Shown here: piece after piece, positions 1-14,016 of the stretch
Numbering within the stretch: position 1 is the stretch's first letter
How the letters are laid out: every line of letters begins with the position of its first letter
NCBI GenBank assembly: GCA_010405405.1
Contig: MU004236.1
Span: 1,184,070-1,248,069 of the forward strand
DNA from: Microthyrium microscopicum
Lineage: Eukaryota
Reading direction: 5' to 3'
DNA length: 64,000 nucleotides
Position numbers and translations under genes: made by a program
The notes under the pieces: model-generated
What the model saw: only the letters and a program-made list of their open reading frames with translations
Told to the model about the DNA's origin: nothing
The model's database searches: none

Positions 1-623
1 TGGTTGATCCAGGTAGCTAAGCCGAACTTTGTAATCTTGTCATCCACTCGAAGCCCAGCTTCCGCTGCCGGGCTGTCTGCAGTGACCTCGTTCACTTTTG
101 CAAAGGGAACTGGCGAAGGTGCTCCGCTGGAGCTTTGTTGGCTTGTTCGGTTTGAAGTAGGTCTAGTTGGCAGAGTCGTTGTCGGCTGACGTGGTTGGGC
201 AGCAAGTGTCGCAAATTGTTCCTGTACTGCCACCTCAATCTTGCCCATCAGCGCCTTGTAATCATTTCGAAGATGTATTATTCTCGCTCGCGTGGTTCGA
301 ACTAAAGCCTCATCAGCTTGGAAGCGGAGAGTCTGCGTGGGATGTCGTACTTTGCGGGACGTCGATGTCTGATCGTGGGAAACCGTCAAAGGTAGTAAGG
401 CCTGTGTTCATATTTACTCCGTGCTTTTCATTATTAGTTCTTGCCCCCTAGTAGTAAATCTGAATCAGGAACCCACAGTGTCTAGCACAGAGCTCAAAGC
501 AGCGAGCTCCGCCTCTATGCGTTCTTTGGCAACTGTGAGTTCTGCCAGAGTTTTTGGTTCAGTACCATTCACTCCATTAGTTGTAGGACCAGAGGATACA
601 GAGGGAGTGTGTATGTCTTCCAT
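1..623 (-). CDS. NAS2: 26S proteasome regulatory particle assembly chaperone Nas2/p27 (PSMD9), PDZ domain; runs off the window start
   Basis: Manual spliced translation from ATG at 623: MEDIHTPSV...KERIEAELAALSSVLDT / HGVNMNTGLTTFDGFPRSDIDVPQ / IRTTRARIIHLRNDYK...PFAKVNEVTADSPAAEAGL. Two short introns near 424-476 and 304-350. Confidence 0.93.
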
Positions 624-1277
624 AGTAATCTCGTTCTGATATTCTCTTGGTAAGAATTAATGGGATGATGCTGTTTAGCTCGTCCAGCAAGAGGTGGGGA
701 AGCTCTTTTTTATTTCAGGGCCACGCGAGTTGACGCGCAACGCGACTGCCTCAGGAGTCGAAGCTCCAACCTCAACCTCCATCTTCCTTTACAAATGCAA
801 CAAGTTCGATCACAATGGACAGTAGTCCCTTATCTGGCTTATTTGGGTGTTTGAGAAGATCTGGGGAAAGAGCAGGGAACACAAACGCGAGAACCAGCCG
901 CCACTCTCCCTTTCATTCCCAGAGTATCGGGCTCGGGTGAGCAGCACAGAAGCCATGCGCTTTTCAACAGCGTGGATGCAACTTGAAAGGTAATTGCGGG
1001 TCGATCTTTGGGAAAGTGTAATACCTTGCAGCAAGTCTGCAGTTACCATGCTTTGTTGAAGGCCGAAGCAGCAGGCAGGTACACCCGTGTCACCAATCGT
1101 ACTTTTGCAATTGTCGTTGGATGTTAAACTCCATTGCATGTATATCTCTGCTATCCAGCATAATGTCACAGTCTGCTTTCCTTCCTTCTATCACCCCCGT
1201 CTTTGCTTTGATATCTTATCAGGGGAGTGTCTTTTCCCTCATGGCATGAATTGCTGGTCAAGATACCGTTATTCGTT

Positions 1278-4200
1278 ATGGCGTCCGTCCTACCACCGCC
1301 TCTCGCATGTCCTTTGGATTTGCCATTCGGAGAGTCGTCTTACATGAGGTCCCGGTCGTCCTGCGCAGATGAAACTAGTACCATTCGACGACATGTTTTA
1401 CGTAGTAACTCTCCAGCTTCATACGGCACCGTTTCATCATTGCCTTCCGGATTACTTGGTACTCAGAAAGAGAATAGCCCGTTATCTGGATCCGCGTCCT
1501 CTCTCCTAAACTTCAAACTCTTCGATTCATATTCTACGGGTGCCGCTCCACGACGGTCTTGGAGCTGGGCGGTCCCGGGCGAACCATCCAATTTGACTCC
1601 ACGTCATCCAACTGCTTTCACGATTGACGACACTCTCATACCTAATGATACGCCTGACTCAGAAGGAGAGGACCAGTTGACCGTTCTACATCTTTCTAAT
1701 CCAGATACATCTTCGACTTCAAGTGAGCCAGCACCATCTATTGAACTAGAGGATGCTTCTTCGTCCTCTGTGGATCTGCTAGGCGTTGGTGAAGAAGCAG
1801 GTCATTCATCCCGTCCTACCACACCTCAACAAGCTGGTAGCGATGATGATGGCACAAGTGCTTTGGATGATGAGGTCAAGGAAGGACAAACTTCACCTTT
1901 CAAGCGGTGGCTTCGAGTCCTGCGAAAGAGAAACCAGCCTCAGGCCCCTCTGCATGCTCCAGAGCAGCGCTGGGTTCTAGATGACTTTAACAACGGTGCA
2001 AATCAGCCCCTTCGCAAGCAGATACTATCACCGCGTCGCCATCGAAAGACGCCTTCTTCAGTCTCGTCTGTCGCAATTGTTGCAGCTGTCAAAACTGCTT
2101 CCATTACCCTGGCCAGCTTCAGTATGTATCCGAAATCGAAACGAAGCCATCAAACCTCATACCTCCGTCGGGAGACATCCTCGCAAAATGTCACTCCAAC
2201 GAGGGGCTCTTTGGACAGCATCTCAGCTGCAGCAGGCCCAGTCATGGATGATGGGACCTGGACTCGCTCAGTTCAGCGGCAAAGGATTGTTGAGGAAATC
2301 GTATCATCTGAAGAGAGCTACATCAGAGATATGCGCACCTTGATTGATGTAATCAAGCCTTACACTGCTCGAATATTGATTACTGAATATCCCTAGGTTT
2401 ATCTCACGGTTCTTCCAAAGAACGGGCAAGATCGTCGAACAATATACAAATCCGTTGGTCAGATTCTGCAACTGCACGAAGAACTTATCGCACAACTGCA
2501 GGCCATCTTGAAAATTGCAGAACCGCCAGTCGACAAGGCGTCAAAACCTCGCCGGGGATTCTCAAGACACGTGCGATGGCACAGCATTGACGGTGCTCCA
2601 CATAACTTCAATCTGAAAAGTCGACTAGACCGCCTTACTCGGCACTCAATTGACACTAGTCGGCCCAGCCTTATACATAGCAAAGCATTCATGGCAGACA
2701 CAAAATTAGTCATGGACATTACGAAAGTTTTCGAACGATTTGTGCGTGTTCAAGGAGATAGCTTTTTGCTCAACGTTTGCTGACCATTTCCAGATGCAAC
2801 GATTCATGGTATATGAAGCATATGCGGCCTATAATAATCTTTTTGGCGAATGTTCCAGCTCGCTTCGTATGAGTGCGACCTGGCTCAACACTGAGAAAGG
2901 CATCGAGGCCCTATCATCATTGACAACGGCTGCAGTGAATAGAGAATCGGACAACCATAAAGCTTTGACATTCGCAGATCTCATTGTCAAGGTTAGTCAA
3001 TCAAGTCGTATACAGTACATTGACTAACAAGTGCAAATAGCCAATTCAACGGATATGTAAATATCCTCTATTTTTCAATGATCTTTGCAAATACACGCCG
3101 GCATGCGATGATCCAGTGACTCATGCAGAGCTTCAAAAGCTGTTGTCAAAACTTCAAGGACTCGTCGAAGAGATCAACCAGGCTTCAAGCAATCCCAGTA
3201 TCCGTAAACAGATTGAGATCAGCTGGTTATTACAAAGTCGTCTTGACTTTGGAAACACTGTAAGCTTTTTCAATATCTTGGCCAATGGAGCGTTGACATC
3301 GCCACAGATTATCACCAACGCAACCATCTTTCAGAAACTAGGCCGCGTACTCCTTTGCGGAGTGTTACATGTTACCTTCACGACGAATGACCGAGTCCAA
3401 GGTCAATATATGATATCCATCCTCTATCGTTCAATGCTTATTTTGGCGACGTTGAATAAAACGCCTAATTCGTACAGTATTGATATGTCAATTCCTTTGG
3501 TTAACGCAAGCATTGATACCACTGATAATGGCAAAGGTTGGTGATTCAATTTTTGAAAGGACTTCTAATAACCATTACCAGGGCTTCAGTGCCACACAGC
3601 ACAATTTAGCTGGAAAATAACATTTGACATTGAGCGACGACAACATGAAATCATCATAAGTGCATGTTCCGAAAGAGAAGAAGAGATTTGGACATCTCAT
3701 CTTCGCTCTCGAATCTCAGCCGAAACCACAGACTTTTCCGAAGGCCGTGTCGATATGGTCGACAGTATGTTCTTAGCCAAACCACATCCCGATATGAAAG
3801 CCATCGGCCCTGCCTTTGGTCCGTTCACCAACTTTTCACGGCGACTCTCTATTCAGCGAGCAGCTACACTAGGACCACGATCGAATGTCCAGCAGGTCAT
3901 TCTCAAGAACACAGAGGCCCAAAAATATACCACCAGCGGATCAACATCCATGTCCGTCATGCGCTCCCAATCCCACATGTCATCCAACCACATCCCCACG
4001 CTCGCCCCTCGACGGGCAGAACGCATCAAGCTAGAGAACACAATCTCAGATGTCTGGACAAAGACCGTCCTCCCGTACCCAGGCATGGGCACCAAGCGCG
4101 GCGATAACCCAATCCGAGCATCCGCAAACTCCGTCATGCGAAAGTTGAGCATGGCCAGCATTGCAAGCAACTTCTCCAAACGATCCATGAGCTACTCTAC

Positions 4201-4777
4201 CCTCTCCGGCGCCGTCCAACGAGCCGCTGGTGGTTCCGCAGCTGGCGACGACGGTTACGCTTCCTCGTCCGGGCAATCCACCACGCGCACCATCAGACCC
4301 AAGAAAGCGCCCATCAAACGTAAACGTCCCGTGCTCGTGGACTTCCACAACACACCCACTGCCTTCTTGCCCGAAGATTTCGAACTCAATGTCAAGACAT
4401 CAAGCAACATGAACCGACGGTCGCGTAAGCTGGCTGCGCGCTTGTCTGCAGGCTCGGACACGCCACCACCAGTCAGTGCATCACGACCGACGACTGCATG
4501 TTCAAAGAAGACGGAGAACCAGCCGCGACCTGTTGTGGTGTCCAAGGCGGATACCATCAGATCGATGATGGCGCTCACTTTCGACAGTGTAGTGGATTGT
4601 GCGGCCTTTGAAGAAAGTATTCCTTGTCATCAGCGGACGGCGAGCCATGATTTGACGGCGTTCGATACTGCGGATATCACTGCAGTTCTTGATAGACCGG
4701 CTACAAGTTCAGGCGAAGAATCTATGAGACGGAGAACACCAAAGGCACGAAAAGGATTTTTCAGGTTCTTTGGATGA
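1278..4777 (+). CDS. Rho guanine nucleotide exchange factor (DH-PH), multi-exon
   Basis: DH start motif RQRIVEEIVSSEESYIRDMRTLID; LTFADLIVK/PIQRICKYPL across an intron; PH-like segment LGRVLLCGVLHVT; joins ORFs 1227-2396, 2508-2783, 2740-3027, 3116-3544 and 3755-4777 through short GT-AG introns. Confidence 0.88.
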
Positions 4778-5671
4778 AAGGGACATACAGCATACTAGAT
4801 GTGCTATGAAAACTACGAAACTCATGCGGTAATGTATACTACCTAAGAATATCGCTCATTGCCACAACAACTTTAATCACCAAACGACAGGAATCAAGGA
4901 AGAGGAAGAGAGCTCTCGAGGTCCGCGGACGCTTCTGCAAGGTACCCGCAGACAAATTGCTTTTTGCTTGGGGTACTGCAGGCTTGGATCTGCTCTGCAC
5001 AACCTTGGGCACTTTTGTGTATTGACTGGGCATGGCATTACTGGATGATTATAGCCTTTTCCCGCCCTATAATAGAAGTCGTCATAGCTGTCAAAATAGA
5101 ATTAGAGCGAGATTGCTATTTTTTACACTTTCATCGTACTCTGTTCCCGCACAGACTACTGTGACGACAGCTATTAATGTCTGTAGGGCTGAATTTGGGA
5201 GTTGGGCATAAGTTTCTCGGATCGGAGGATGGGGCTGGTTAAGGCGGACATGACTTCATTGTTTGTATCGCAGCTTGATTCAAGGTGTCGAATTTGGGAG
5301 CGTGACTTGCGTTATTTCGGGCGATTAATGCGACTTGATGTGACCATACTTGGACTGGATCATACAATATTAAGCAGTCATCGAGTTCGCCTGCAACGCT
5401 GTTGCTCGTGAGTCGTCTTCAGTGAGAAATCATGTTGATTGTTTTCGGCCAAGCTCCACGGCCCAGTATGCATACTGTAGATAAGTCCATACGCTCGATA
5501 TCAGTCCCAATATGCATATCGCAGCGAGACGTATCGTACTTTGAGGGTCCACGGAGCATACTCCGGAAAACGGAAGGAACACTCCTCCAGATTGACGCTA
5601 GTCGCCGTTGCACCTGCCTCGCCTTGTTGAGCTGGGGTCTTGGCCCCCCTATCACTGAGCAACCCCCAGAA

Positions 5672-5689
5672 TGACGTCGACGCCAATCA
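5672..5689 (+). promoter_or_regulatory. CRE/ATF-like TGACGTC next to a CCAAT box upstream of RTC3
   Basis: atgacgtcgacgccaatc about 200 bp upstream of the ATG; function inferred only. Confidence 0.35.
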
Positions 5690-5877
5690 GCCTCGTGAGC
5701 TCATGCTTGCTCTCCTCCTTCTAGCTACATAAAGCTGCCTGTCTCCACCAGCCAGACAACTTCATTCCCCTCATACCACACTATCACACTAAACCAACCA
5801 ATTCCATCACTAAATCATCCATTTCAAACTCCAAACACACTCTCAAACCAAAACACACTCACACAAACACATTCATC

Positions 5878-6346
5878 ATGACTCGCGGAGATACTGAGCA
5901 GACCAAGGTCCACCACAAGGGTCAGGAGGACGACTTCATTGTCATCGCCGAGTCCAAGGAGCAAGTTAAGAAGTGGACTGAGGACAAGACCATCCCGCTC
6001 GTTGACGTGGTCAGCAGCTTCGATGTGTTCGTCACAGACAAGTAAGTTATCTACCCCTCTCTCATTGAGACCCCGCATCTTGTCAATGACCATGAGGCTA
6101 ACAAAGCACGCTACAGACACGGCGTCCAGGGACAACTCAATCGAGCCTCAAAGTCTCAACTGGAGAACGAGTTCGGTACATCGAAGGAAGATGACGTAGT
6201 TAAGCTCATCCTCGAGAAGGGCGAGGTGCAAAACTCAAAACTGGTACGCTTACTACCACATCCCGGAGCAGTTGACTCAAAATGCTAACGTACAATAGGG
6301 TGCCCGTCAAGGCGAGCGAAACCAGGCGAACGCATCTGGCGCATAG
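5878..6346 (+). CDS. RTC3: SBDS N-terminal-domain protein (Rtc3/SDO1-like), 3 exons; missed by the ORF track
   Basis: MTRGDTEQTKVHHKGQEDDFIVI...KTIPLVDVVSSFDVFVTDK / HGVQGQLNRASKSQLENEFGTSKEDDVVKLILEKGEVQ / GARQGERNQ..*. Introns 6042-6116 and 6244-6298. Confidence 0.92.
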
Positions 6347-7834
6347 GCCGCGGTCTGGAGTTGCCAGCCGAGACCCACAAGCAGCATGGCTCGACGTGCG
6401 AACCATCGCTAAGGCTTGTGCGTGAAGCATTATCATGGAGTTTGGGGAAAGAACTATTGATACCTGTCCAGTGCCGAAAAGGTACTTTATAATGGACTCT
6501 ATGTAATGTAGTCGACCTAGAAATGAAACTTTGGTCCACTCATCCAATTCCATCTGTTGTTGTGAGATTCATCGGATTAGTCTACCGATTTATATGCAAC
6601 CGCTAATGGGTATAAAAACCGCCATGGCCTACACTCACAGTGCTCTTGTGACTTTCATATCTGTCAAGCTAACTTCTGAAGTATGTGATGACGCAGCGCG
6701 ACGGCTTAAAAGCATTAGTGGTCGTGCCACAAATACTCTACTGCTGTCTAGCCATACATGACCTCAGCCTGATACCGGCCTCATTTGACAGCGGTTATCA
6801 AAATCAAATCGTGCTTTTCGTGGATAACATGATTATATAAAGGAGGGTAGTACAAGTCCTACTTCAATAGCAATGCCAGCCATATAGTTATATCCGACAG
6901 AAGCTCCTGTATGGCACAAATTAACAACTTGTTCCAGCTCAAGCTGACACTCAATACCCGTTCCGGTCAACTGGAACTTTCCTGTTCAGCCTCACTGTCG
7001 AGGACCGCATTTCCGACTGCATTCCGTTAGCACCCCAACGTGACGCCCCGTAGCCAGCGTGCTCTGAAAGAAAGTGCTCAACTGGTACAATGACCTGAAA
7101 TATAGGATTCTGCGACCATTTCTGTTCGAGTATGATCTTCACATTCAGAGTTCCTAATGTTGTTCACTGTTCGTGTTGCACCATCGTCCACCATTCAAAT
7201 GATTCATTGAGCTGACCTCGCCCATGGTTCAAATGTTTGTATCGAGTTAGCCTCCGATTTACTCTACCATTAAATCTCTAATAGGCAACATCAACTCTCC
7301 ACCCGACTAATATATACTCCGACAGCTCTCCGCTGTTCCATTTCTTTTCCAAACCTCCAAGCAACTCACCACTTCTCAAACAGATCATTATACATATTGA
7401 CTTAGCGTCCACAAGCAGCTTGAGACATTTTGAGTGTTATATAACACTCTTGCATCTAGCTTTTCAATAGTCTTCGATACCTCATCAACTGGACATATCA
7501 CATCAGCTGGTTCTGATCTGTAAGTGCTCGACCAAGACATCGTCGAATAGTGCCAACTTCCTATTCAGTCTCTGTTTCAGCCTTTTGGCCTTTCAGATTT
7601 CGCTGTGAGCATTCAGCTTTGGCAAGTCATTCACACAACCATTAGCGTCACCTACACGTAAATCACTTATTGGGTCTCGACACACTATTTCAATCTGGAA
7701 CCCATCACTCAGGTTCAACTCTCAAATTAATAACTCCGTCGCAACGTTACTGGACTATTGAATCTCTCTGGATTTAGCTTGATCACATCTTCTAGCCGAC
7801 TGCTTGTCTAGGTAGTGTCCCTCAAGTCCTAATC

Positions 7835-9139
7835 ATGGCTACTCCCTCAAATCACACAGGCGATTTCCGCGCAGGCTATCTTCGACTCAGAGCTAGCAAG
7901 TGGCAATACGATGCTACGCTAGAGTATAAATTGCCAGTGATCAATCAACTGGTCTCAATAAAATCTCGACAGGGGGCCGAACCTTCTCGCGCCGCGATGC
8001 ACGCCAGCAATCACCAAATCCTCAGAGCTATGAATCACAATAGAAAGAGCCTGATCAGTGCATTACCAGCTGAGGTTACAAGAAGAATCACTCGAGAGCT
8101 CTTTCAGAAACCAAAGGAGAGATTGCCTCTTTACCGTCCTGGTCGTACGCCTGAAACTATACAGACACTGCAGAATCAACATCAGGAAGTTCGCTCTCGA
8201 CGTCGGCGCCTTCGTCTTGTTCGTATGATCTGGAAGGCGGCTGGCAAAGAACCGTCAGAAGCCAGCAAGTCGGGAGAGTACCAAACCACAGCCCAAGACC
8301 TTCTCCGCACAGACGCAACAGTCTTCTACAAGATGGGCTACGACTACCTATACCAAGAAAGCACATTCCACCTCGACATCCACGAAGGAGGAGTGTCCTT
8401 CCTTAACCACCTAGTAGTCCCTAACATGGCAAGAGCTGAAGCCGTTGGAAGCAGCAACATCTTCACCCCCAACGCCGGCCCATTCCAATTCCACTCCATC
8501 CGCAGCCTAACCATCAACATCTTCTCGCCCACCACAGCACCAGAGACTGGCGCAACAAAGCAGGTGATCCGCCGCATGTTTACCAACCTAAGCAACATCG
8601 TTGACCGGCTGAACGCCAGTGAAGCAGCGCTCAGCATTCTCAGCATCAACTTCACCACCGTTGATGCCGAATCCACAAACTGCTGGATCAGCCAGGAACC
8701 GGGTGCGGAGGCACACCCACGACCCTCTTTTGAGACACCGCTCTCATATATCCAGCTCCTCACCATCCCTCTCCTCCGCCTCCATACTGTCGAAAAGGCA
8801 TCTTTCACTGCGCCCACGATGCTCGCTGGCCACCCGGAGATTGGCACCCTCCAAGCCATCGTTGCGAACCTGGCGGGCAAAGAAGGCGTCGATCGTCAGT
8901 ACCTGATTGAGGGGTTGCTGATGGAGAGATTCGCCAAGCTTGATTACCGGGATAGTGTGGCAAGTGCTAGTGCTGAGATAGCAGATTTGGAGAGCACGAA
9001 GGTGGAGTTTGGAGATATGGAGATGTTTGTGACCAATGAGCCACAGCTGGAATTGGAAGGCGAAGGTGGTGAGGGTGACATGTCGTGGGCGAGTGAGGAT
9101 GGGGCAAGTAGTGACTGGATGGACGAATTACTTACTTGA
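7835..9139 (+). CDS. Hypothetical protein, 434 aa, with an F-box-like motif and an acidic C-terminus
   Basis: Long intact ORF; SLISALPAEVTRRITRELF resembles the LPxEIRxxI motif of fungal F-box-like proteins. Confidence 0.7.
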   Translation: MATPSNHTGDFRAGYLRLRASKWQYDATLEYKLPVINQLVSIKSRQGAEPSRAAMHASNHQILRAMNHNRKSLISALPAEVTRRITRELFQKPKERLPLYRPGRTPETIQTLQNQHQEVRSRRRRLRLVRMIWKAAGKEPSEASKSGEYQTTAQDLLRTDATVFYKMGYDYLYQESTFHLDIHEGGVSFLNHLVVPNMARAEAVGSSNIFTPNAGPFQFHSIRSLTINIFSPTTAPETGATKQVIRRMFTNLSNIVDRLNASEAALSILSINFTTVDAESTNCWISQEPGAEAHPRPSFETPLSYIQLLTIPLLRLHTVEKASFTAPTMLAGHPEIGTLQAIVANLAGKEGVDRQYLIEGLLMERFAKLDYRDSVASASAEIADLESTKVEFGDMEMFVTNEPQLELEGEGGEGDMSWASEDGASSDWMDELLT

Positions 9140-9734
9140 CGAGGCACGATAATGGGTGGCACTTTTTGTAATTGAAAGCATGATACCCAGATGATTCAGC
9201 GAGGCGTTGGTTTATTTGGCGAGGTGGACCAAGCAACTTCCAAGTTAAAGTTTGGTATCACCATTCATCGGGCAATTTGAATAGCAATAAAAGAACTATT
9301 GAATACCAAACTGCTTTGCTCATCAGGTGAATTCATGCTTCACAATTTGACGCTTCATTCTGAGATGGCTCGATCTGCAAATGGAGTTGCTGACATAAAG
9401 TTGCCAAAAGGGGGCAAGGTGAAGTGTGGATGGGGTTAGCGCGCGGCTGCGCTAGTTACTTCCTTCCTTAGCCTTGCATTCCTCGACTTTTGAGAAGCTC
9501 ACCCTTCACCCTTTGCCATCGACACGACTTCCTCAATCTACCGCCCTTTACCGCCCGGACACATCCCCATCTATTGCGCGTCGTCCATCAACTCCTTTTC
9601 CGAATACCACGCTCGACAAATCCTCTGTCATTCTGCTGACGACAAGGTCGCATTCTCAACGCGCTGAGCGCGTCAACTCAACCGCGACCTCCGTCCCTCT
9701 CCATCCCGAATAAAGCTCATCATTATCCGTCACC

Positions 9735-12700
9735 ATGGCAGAATACGACTTTGAAGAAGAATATGATGATTATGGCGCGGACGATACTGTTTCAGCTGAA
9801 GATTCGTGGTCTGTCATCACCTCATTCTTTAGTACGAAAGGTCTGGTCGCCCAGCAAATTGATTCTTACGACGAGTTCGCCCAGCGTACCTTGCAAGATA
9901 TCGTGTTGGAGATGGGTCGGATCGTCTTTGACCAGAATTTTCCTGGCGACGCCGAAGGAGCACCCGCGAAACGTCGCGTTGATATGAAGATGGACCATCT
10001 AAAATTGTCTCATCCCCAAATTTTAGAACAAGACGGTTCGAACACAAAGCTTTTCCCTAACGAGGCGCGGTTGCGCAATCTTACATATGCATCCCATATG
10101 TATGTCGATGTGACCAAGAACATCCAGTTAGGATATCAGCGAGATCCAGACGCCGATCCGAACACCCTTCAAGATGATGACCTTGATTGGCAAAAGGATG
10201 GTCCAAATATGAAAGAAACCGACGTAAAAAAAAATAGGGAATCGATTCCAATCGGAAAACTGCCCATCATGCTCAAGTCGCAAACATGCATGCTGCGAAG
10301 CAAAACTGAAGCTGAGCTCTACGCTAAGGATGAGTGCCCATTGGATCAAGGCGGATATTTCATAATCAGCGGTAGCGAAAAGGTTCTGATTGCCCAGGAA
10401 CGCAGTGCCGGAAATATTGTTCAGGTGTTCAAAAAGCGACAGAGTCCGACTCCTTGGGTCGCAGAAATACGAAGTGTTATGGAAAAGGGACCTCGTGCGC
10501 TGTCTTCCGCTGGTCTCAAATACTTTGCCAGCAGTTCAGACGGTGGCACTGGCGGGAATATCCGCGTTACTTTGCCTATGGTCAATGACAACATTCCCGT
10601 GGTAATTGTCTTTCGAGCTTTGGGCGTTGTTTCGGATGAGGACATTATCAATCACATTTGCTTTGATCGCAATGATCAGCCGATGATGAAGCTGATCAGA
10701 AAAAGTATCGAGGACGGTTTCTTGATTCAAAATAAATCTGCAGCACTAGATTATATTGCTCGACGAGCAATGCAACAGCCATCAGGCGTTGAGAAGCGTG
10801 TAAAGGCGGCCACAGAAAACCTGCAAAAGGACTTCTTACCTCACATATCCCAAGAACAAGGCTCGGAGACGAAGAAGGCGTACTTTCTTGGATATATGGT
10901 CTATCGAATGTGCCAGTGTATCCTTGGGCGACGAGACGAGGATGATCGAGATCATTTCGGAAAGAAACGCCTCGATCTCGCCGGTGTGTTGATGGCACAA
11001 TTGTTCAAGATCAAATTCAAACAGATGGTTCAAGATGCTCAAAAGTATATACAGAAAAGTCTCGAAGATGGTCGCGACTTTCACGTCTCTACTGCTTTCA
11101 AACAAGCCACGATAACCTCTGGCCTCAAGTACTCATTGGCAACCGGCAACTGGGGTGATCAAAAGAAAGCAGCCTCAGCTAGAGCTGGTGTTTCTCAAGT
11201 GCTCAATCGATTTACATTCGCATCAACTTTGTCACATTTGCGGCGAACAAACACCCCGATCGGACGCGACGGCAAACTCGCCAAACCGCGTCAGCTTCAC
11301 AATACTCACTGGGGTCTGGTCTGCCCGGCAGAAACCCCAGAGGGACAGGCTTGCGGCCTCGTAAAAAACCTGTCTTTGATGTGCTACGTAACTGTCATGA
11401 CACCTTGGGCTCCATTAGTGGACTTTATGTTGCTTCGTGGTATGGAGTATCTTGAAGAGTACGACCCTCTTTCAAATCCCAATGCCACCAAGATTTTCAT
11501 CAATGGAACATGGATTGGCATTCATCGGGATCCGAACAGCCTTCATCGTACCCTTAGACTCATTCGAGGAAAGGAATATCTGCTCCACGAATCCGTGTCT
11601 ATTATCCGCGACATTCGGGATCGAGAAATTCGCATTTTTACCGATGCTGGCCGTGTTTGTCGGCCACTTTATGTTGTGGACAACGTTTTTGAAAGCAAAC
11701 GACGAGGTCAACTGGCATTGACTCGTGCCCATTTGGATAAACTACAAGATGAATCTGATATGGAGATGCGCACTTTCAGTGATCAGGAAATTCGCGATCG
11801 TTCCCTTGGCTGGGTCCATTTACTCAAAGAAGGCGTAGTTGAATTACTCGATGCCGAGGAAGAGGAGCAAGCAATGATTGCTATGACTCCGGAAGATCTG
11901 GACGCACACACTGCACTTAAGGCTGGACAACCTCCTGATGTACCATCTGACGATCCTCATCGTCGCATCAAGCCGAAGCCAAATGCCGCGGTTCATGAGT
12001 ACACCCACTGTGAGATTCATCCGGCCATGATATTAGGTGTATGCGCCAGTATCATTCCATTCCCTGATCACAACCAATCGCCGCGTAACACCTATCAATC
12101 TGCCATGGGTAAACAAGCTATGGGTGTGGCTTTGACCAACTACCAACTGCGGTTCGACACCATGAACAATGTGCTTTATTATCCGCAGAAACCACTTGCG
12201 ACTACTCGATCGATGGAATACCTCAAATTCCGTGACCTTCCAGCCGGCCAAAACGCTATTGTGGCGATTGCATGCTATGGTGGTTACAACCAAGAAGATT
12301 CTGTGATCATGAATCAGCATTCGATTGATCGTGGGTTGTTCCGTAGTTTATACTATAGAACATACACTGAACAGCAAAAACAAGTCGGCCTTGGCTACTT
12401 GGAGGAGTTTGAGAAACCAAACCGCAATGAGACTATCAAGCTGAAGCCTGGAACATATGACAAGCTTGATGTCGACGGTATCGTCGCACCTGGCACTCGA
12501 GTCACGGGTGAAGACATCATCATTGGCAAGACTGCACCAATCGATCCTGATAGTGAAGAACTCGGTCAACGAACAAAGGCTCATACCAAACGCGATGTTT
12601 CCATTCCTCTTCGATCAACGGAAAGCGGCATTGTCGATTCTGTGCTACTCACGACCAATGAGCAAGATCTCAAGTTTATTCGCGTTCGTACTCGTGTCAC

Positions 12701-13519
12701 CAAGACTCCCCAGATTGGCGACAAGTTTGCCTCTCGCCACGGACAAAAGGGAACCATTGGCGTTACGTATAGACAGGAAGACATGCCATTCTCTCGGGAA
12801 GGCTTGACACCTGACTTGATCATCAACCCACATGCCATTCCATCTCGTATGACAATCGCCCATTTAATCGAGTGTCTGCTCAGCAAAGTCGGCTCCATCC
12901 GAGGCAACGAAGGAGATGCCACTCCATTCACAGATGTCACAATCACCGACATCTCAGGCCTCCTTCGCGAAGCTGGCTACCAAAGCCGCGGCTTCGAAGT
13001 CATGTACAACGGACACACCGGCAAGAAACTCCGAGCCCAGGTCTTCCTCGGTCCCACCTACTACCAACGTCTTCGCCACATGGTCGACGACAAGATCCAC
13101 GCTCGCGCGCGTGGTCCTATGCAGATCTTGACGCGCCAGCCTGTCGAAGGTCGTGCTCGCGATGGTGGTCTGCGTTTCGGTGAAATGGAACGTGATTGCA
13201 TGATTGCCCATGGTGCTGCGGCTTTCTTGAAGGAACGCTTGTTTGAAGTTTCGGATACTTATCGGGCCCATATCTGTGAGATTTGCGGCCTCATGTCGCC
13301 GATTGTGTAAGTTCCCTCTGTTAAAATCGTCGAGTTATATACTAATTTCTGTGTAGAAACTACAAGCGTCAGACCTTTGAGTGTCGTCCATGCAAGAACC
13401 GCACTCGTGTGGCCCAGATCCATATCCCCTATGCCGCGAAGTTGCTCTTCCAAGAGCTCATGTCCATGAACATTGCTCCGCGGTTGTTTACTGATGATAG
13501 TGGTATATCTGTTCGGTAA
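9735..13519 (+). CDS. RPB2: RNA polymerase II second-largest subunit
   Basis: Motifs [63 protein letters not shown]. One intron 13307-13356; last exon ...FECRPCKN...[20 protein letters not shown]...*. Confidence 0.99.
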
Positions 13520-14016
13520 ATCGTTTTGTGGACCTTGCGCGAGATGTGGTCATGGCGAGTTTTGTAGTATAATGAGCGCAGGACGATTAGTTCCTTCGAA
13601 GATTCAGTGCATCAGCCGGCGTTATGATTCTTGAAAGCTATAATTTGTTGGCAAGGATATCTAGTACCATTTAGTCAGAGAAAAGGAAAAGAGCCATGAG
13701 CTCAAGACATGCGGTCAAGATAAGCTGGATAAACAAAACCTATGTCTCAAAATGAATGAACTTTCTTGCATAAGCACCTATTTTGAATTATCAATCCACT
13801 CTAACGTAAACGTGTCAAACTTTCGCCTCCATCGTTAAATACAGTCACGAAATATCCTTAGCGCACGGATCAGCTTCATGGAAAGAAAGGGGCGCAGGAA
13901 GGCCAGTTGTCCATAGAAACTCATCGCCCTTTCAACACCTTTCATCCCATTTTGTTTTTCTTCTCTCATTATGTTCATTTGCTTCAAGAGCTAGGTCATT
14001 TAGGATTGAAAAGACA

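Noticed and set aside
720..746. Three ACGCG (MCB-like) motifs between NAS2 and the RhoGEF
   Set aside because: None is a perfect ACGCGT, and CGCG motifs are common in fungal promoters.
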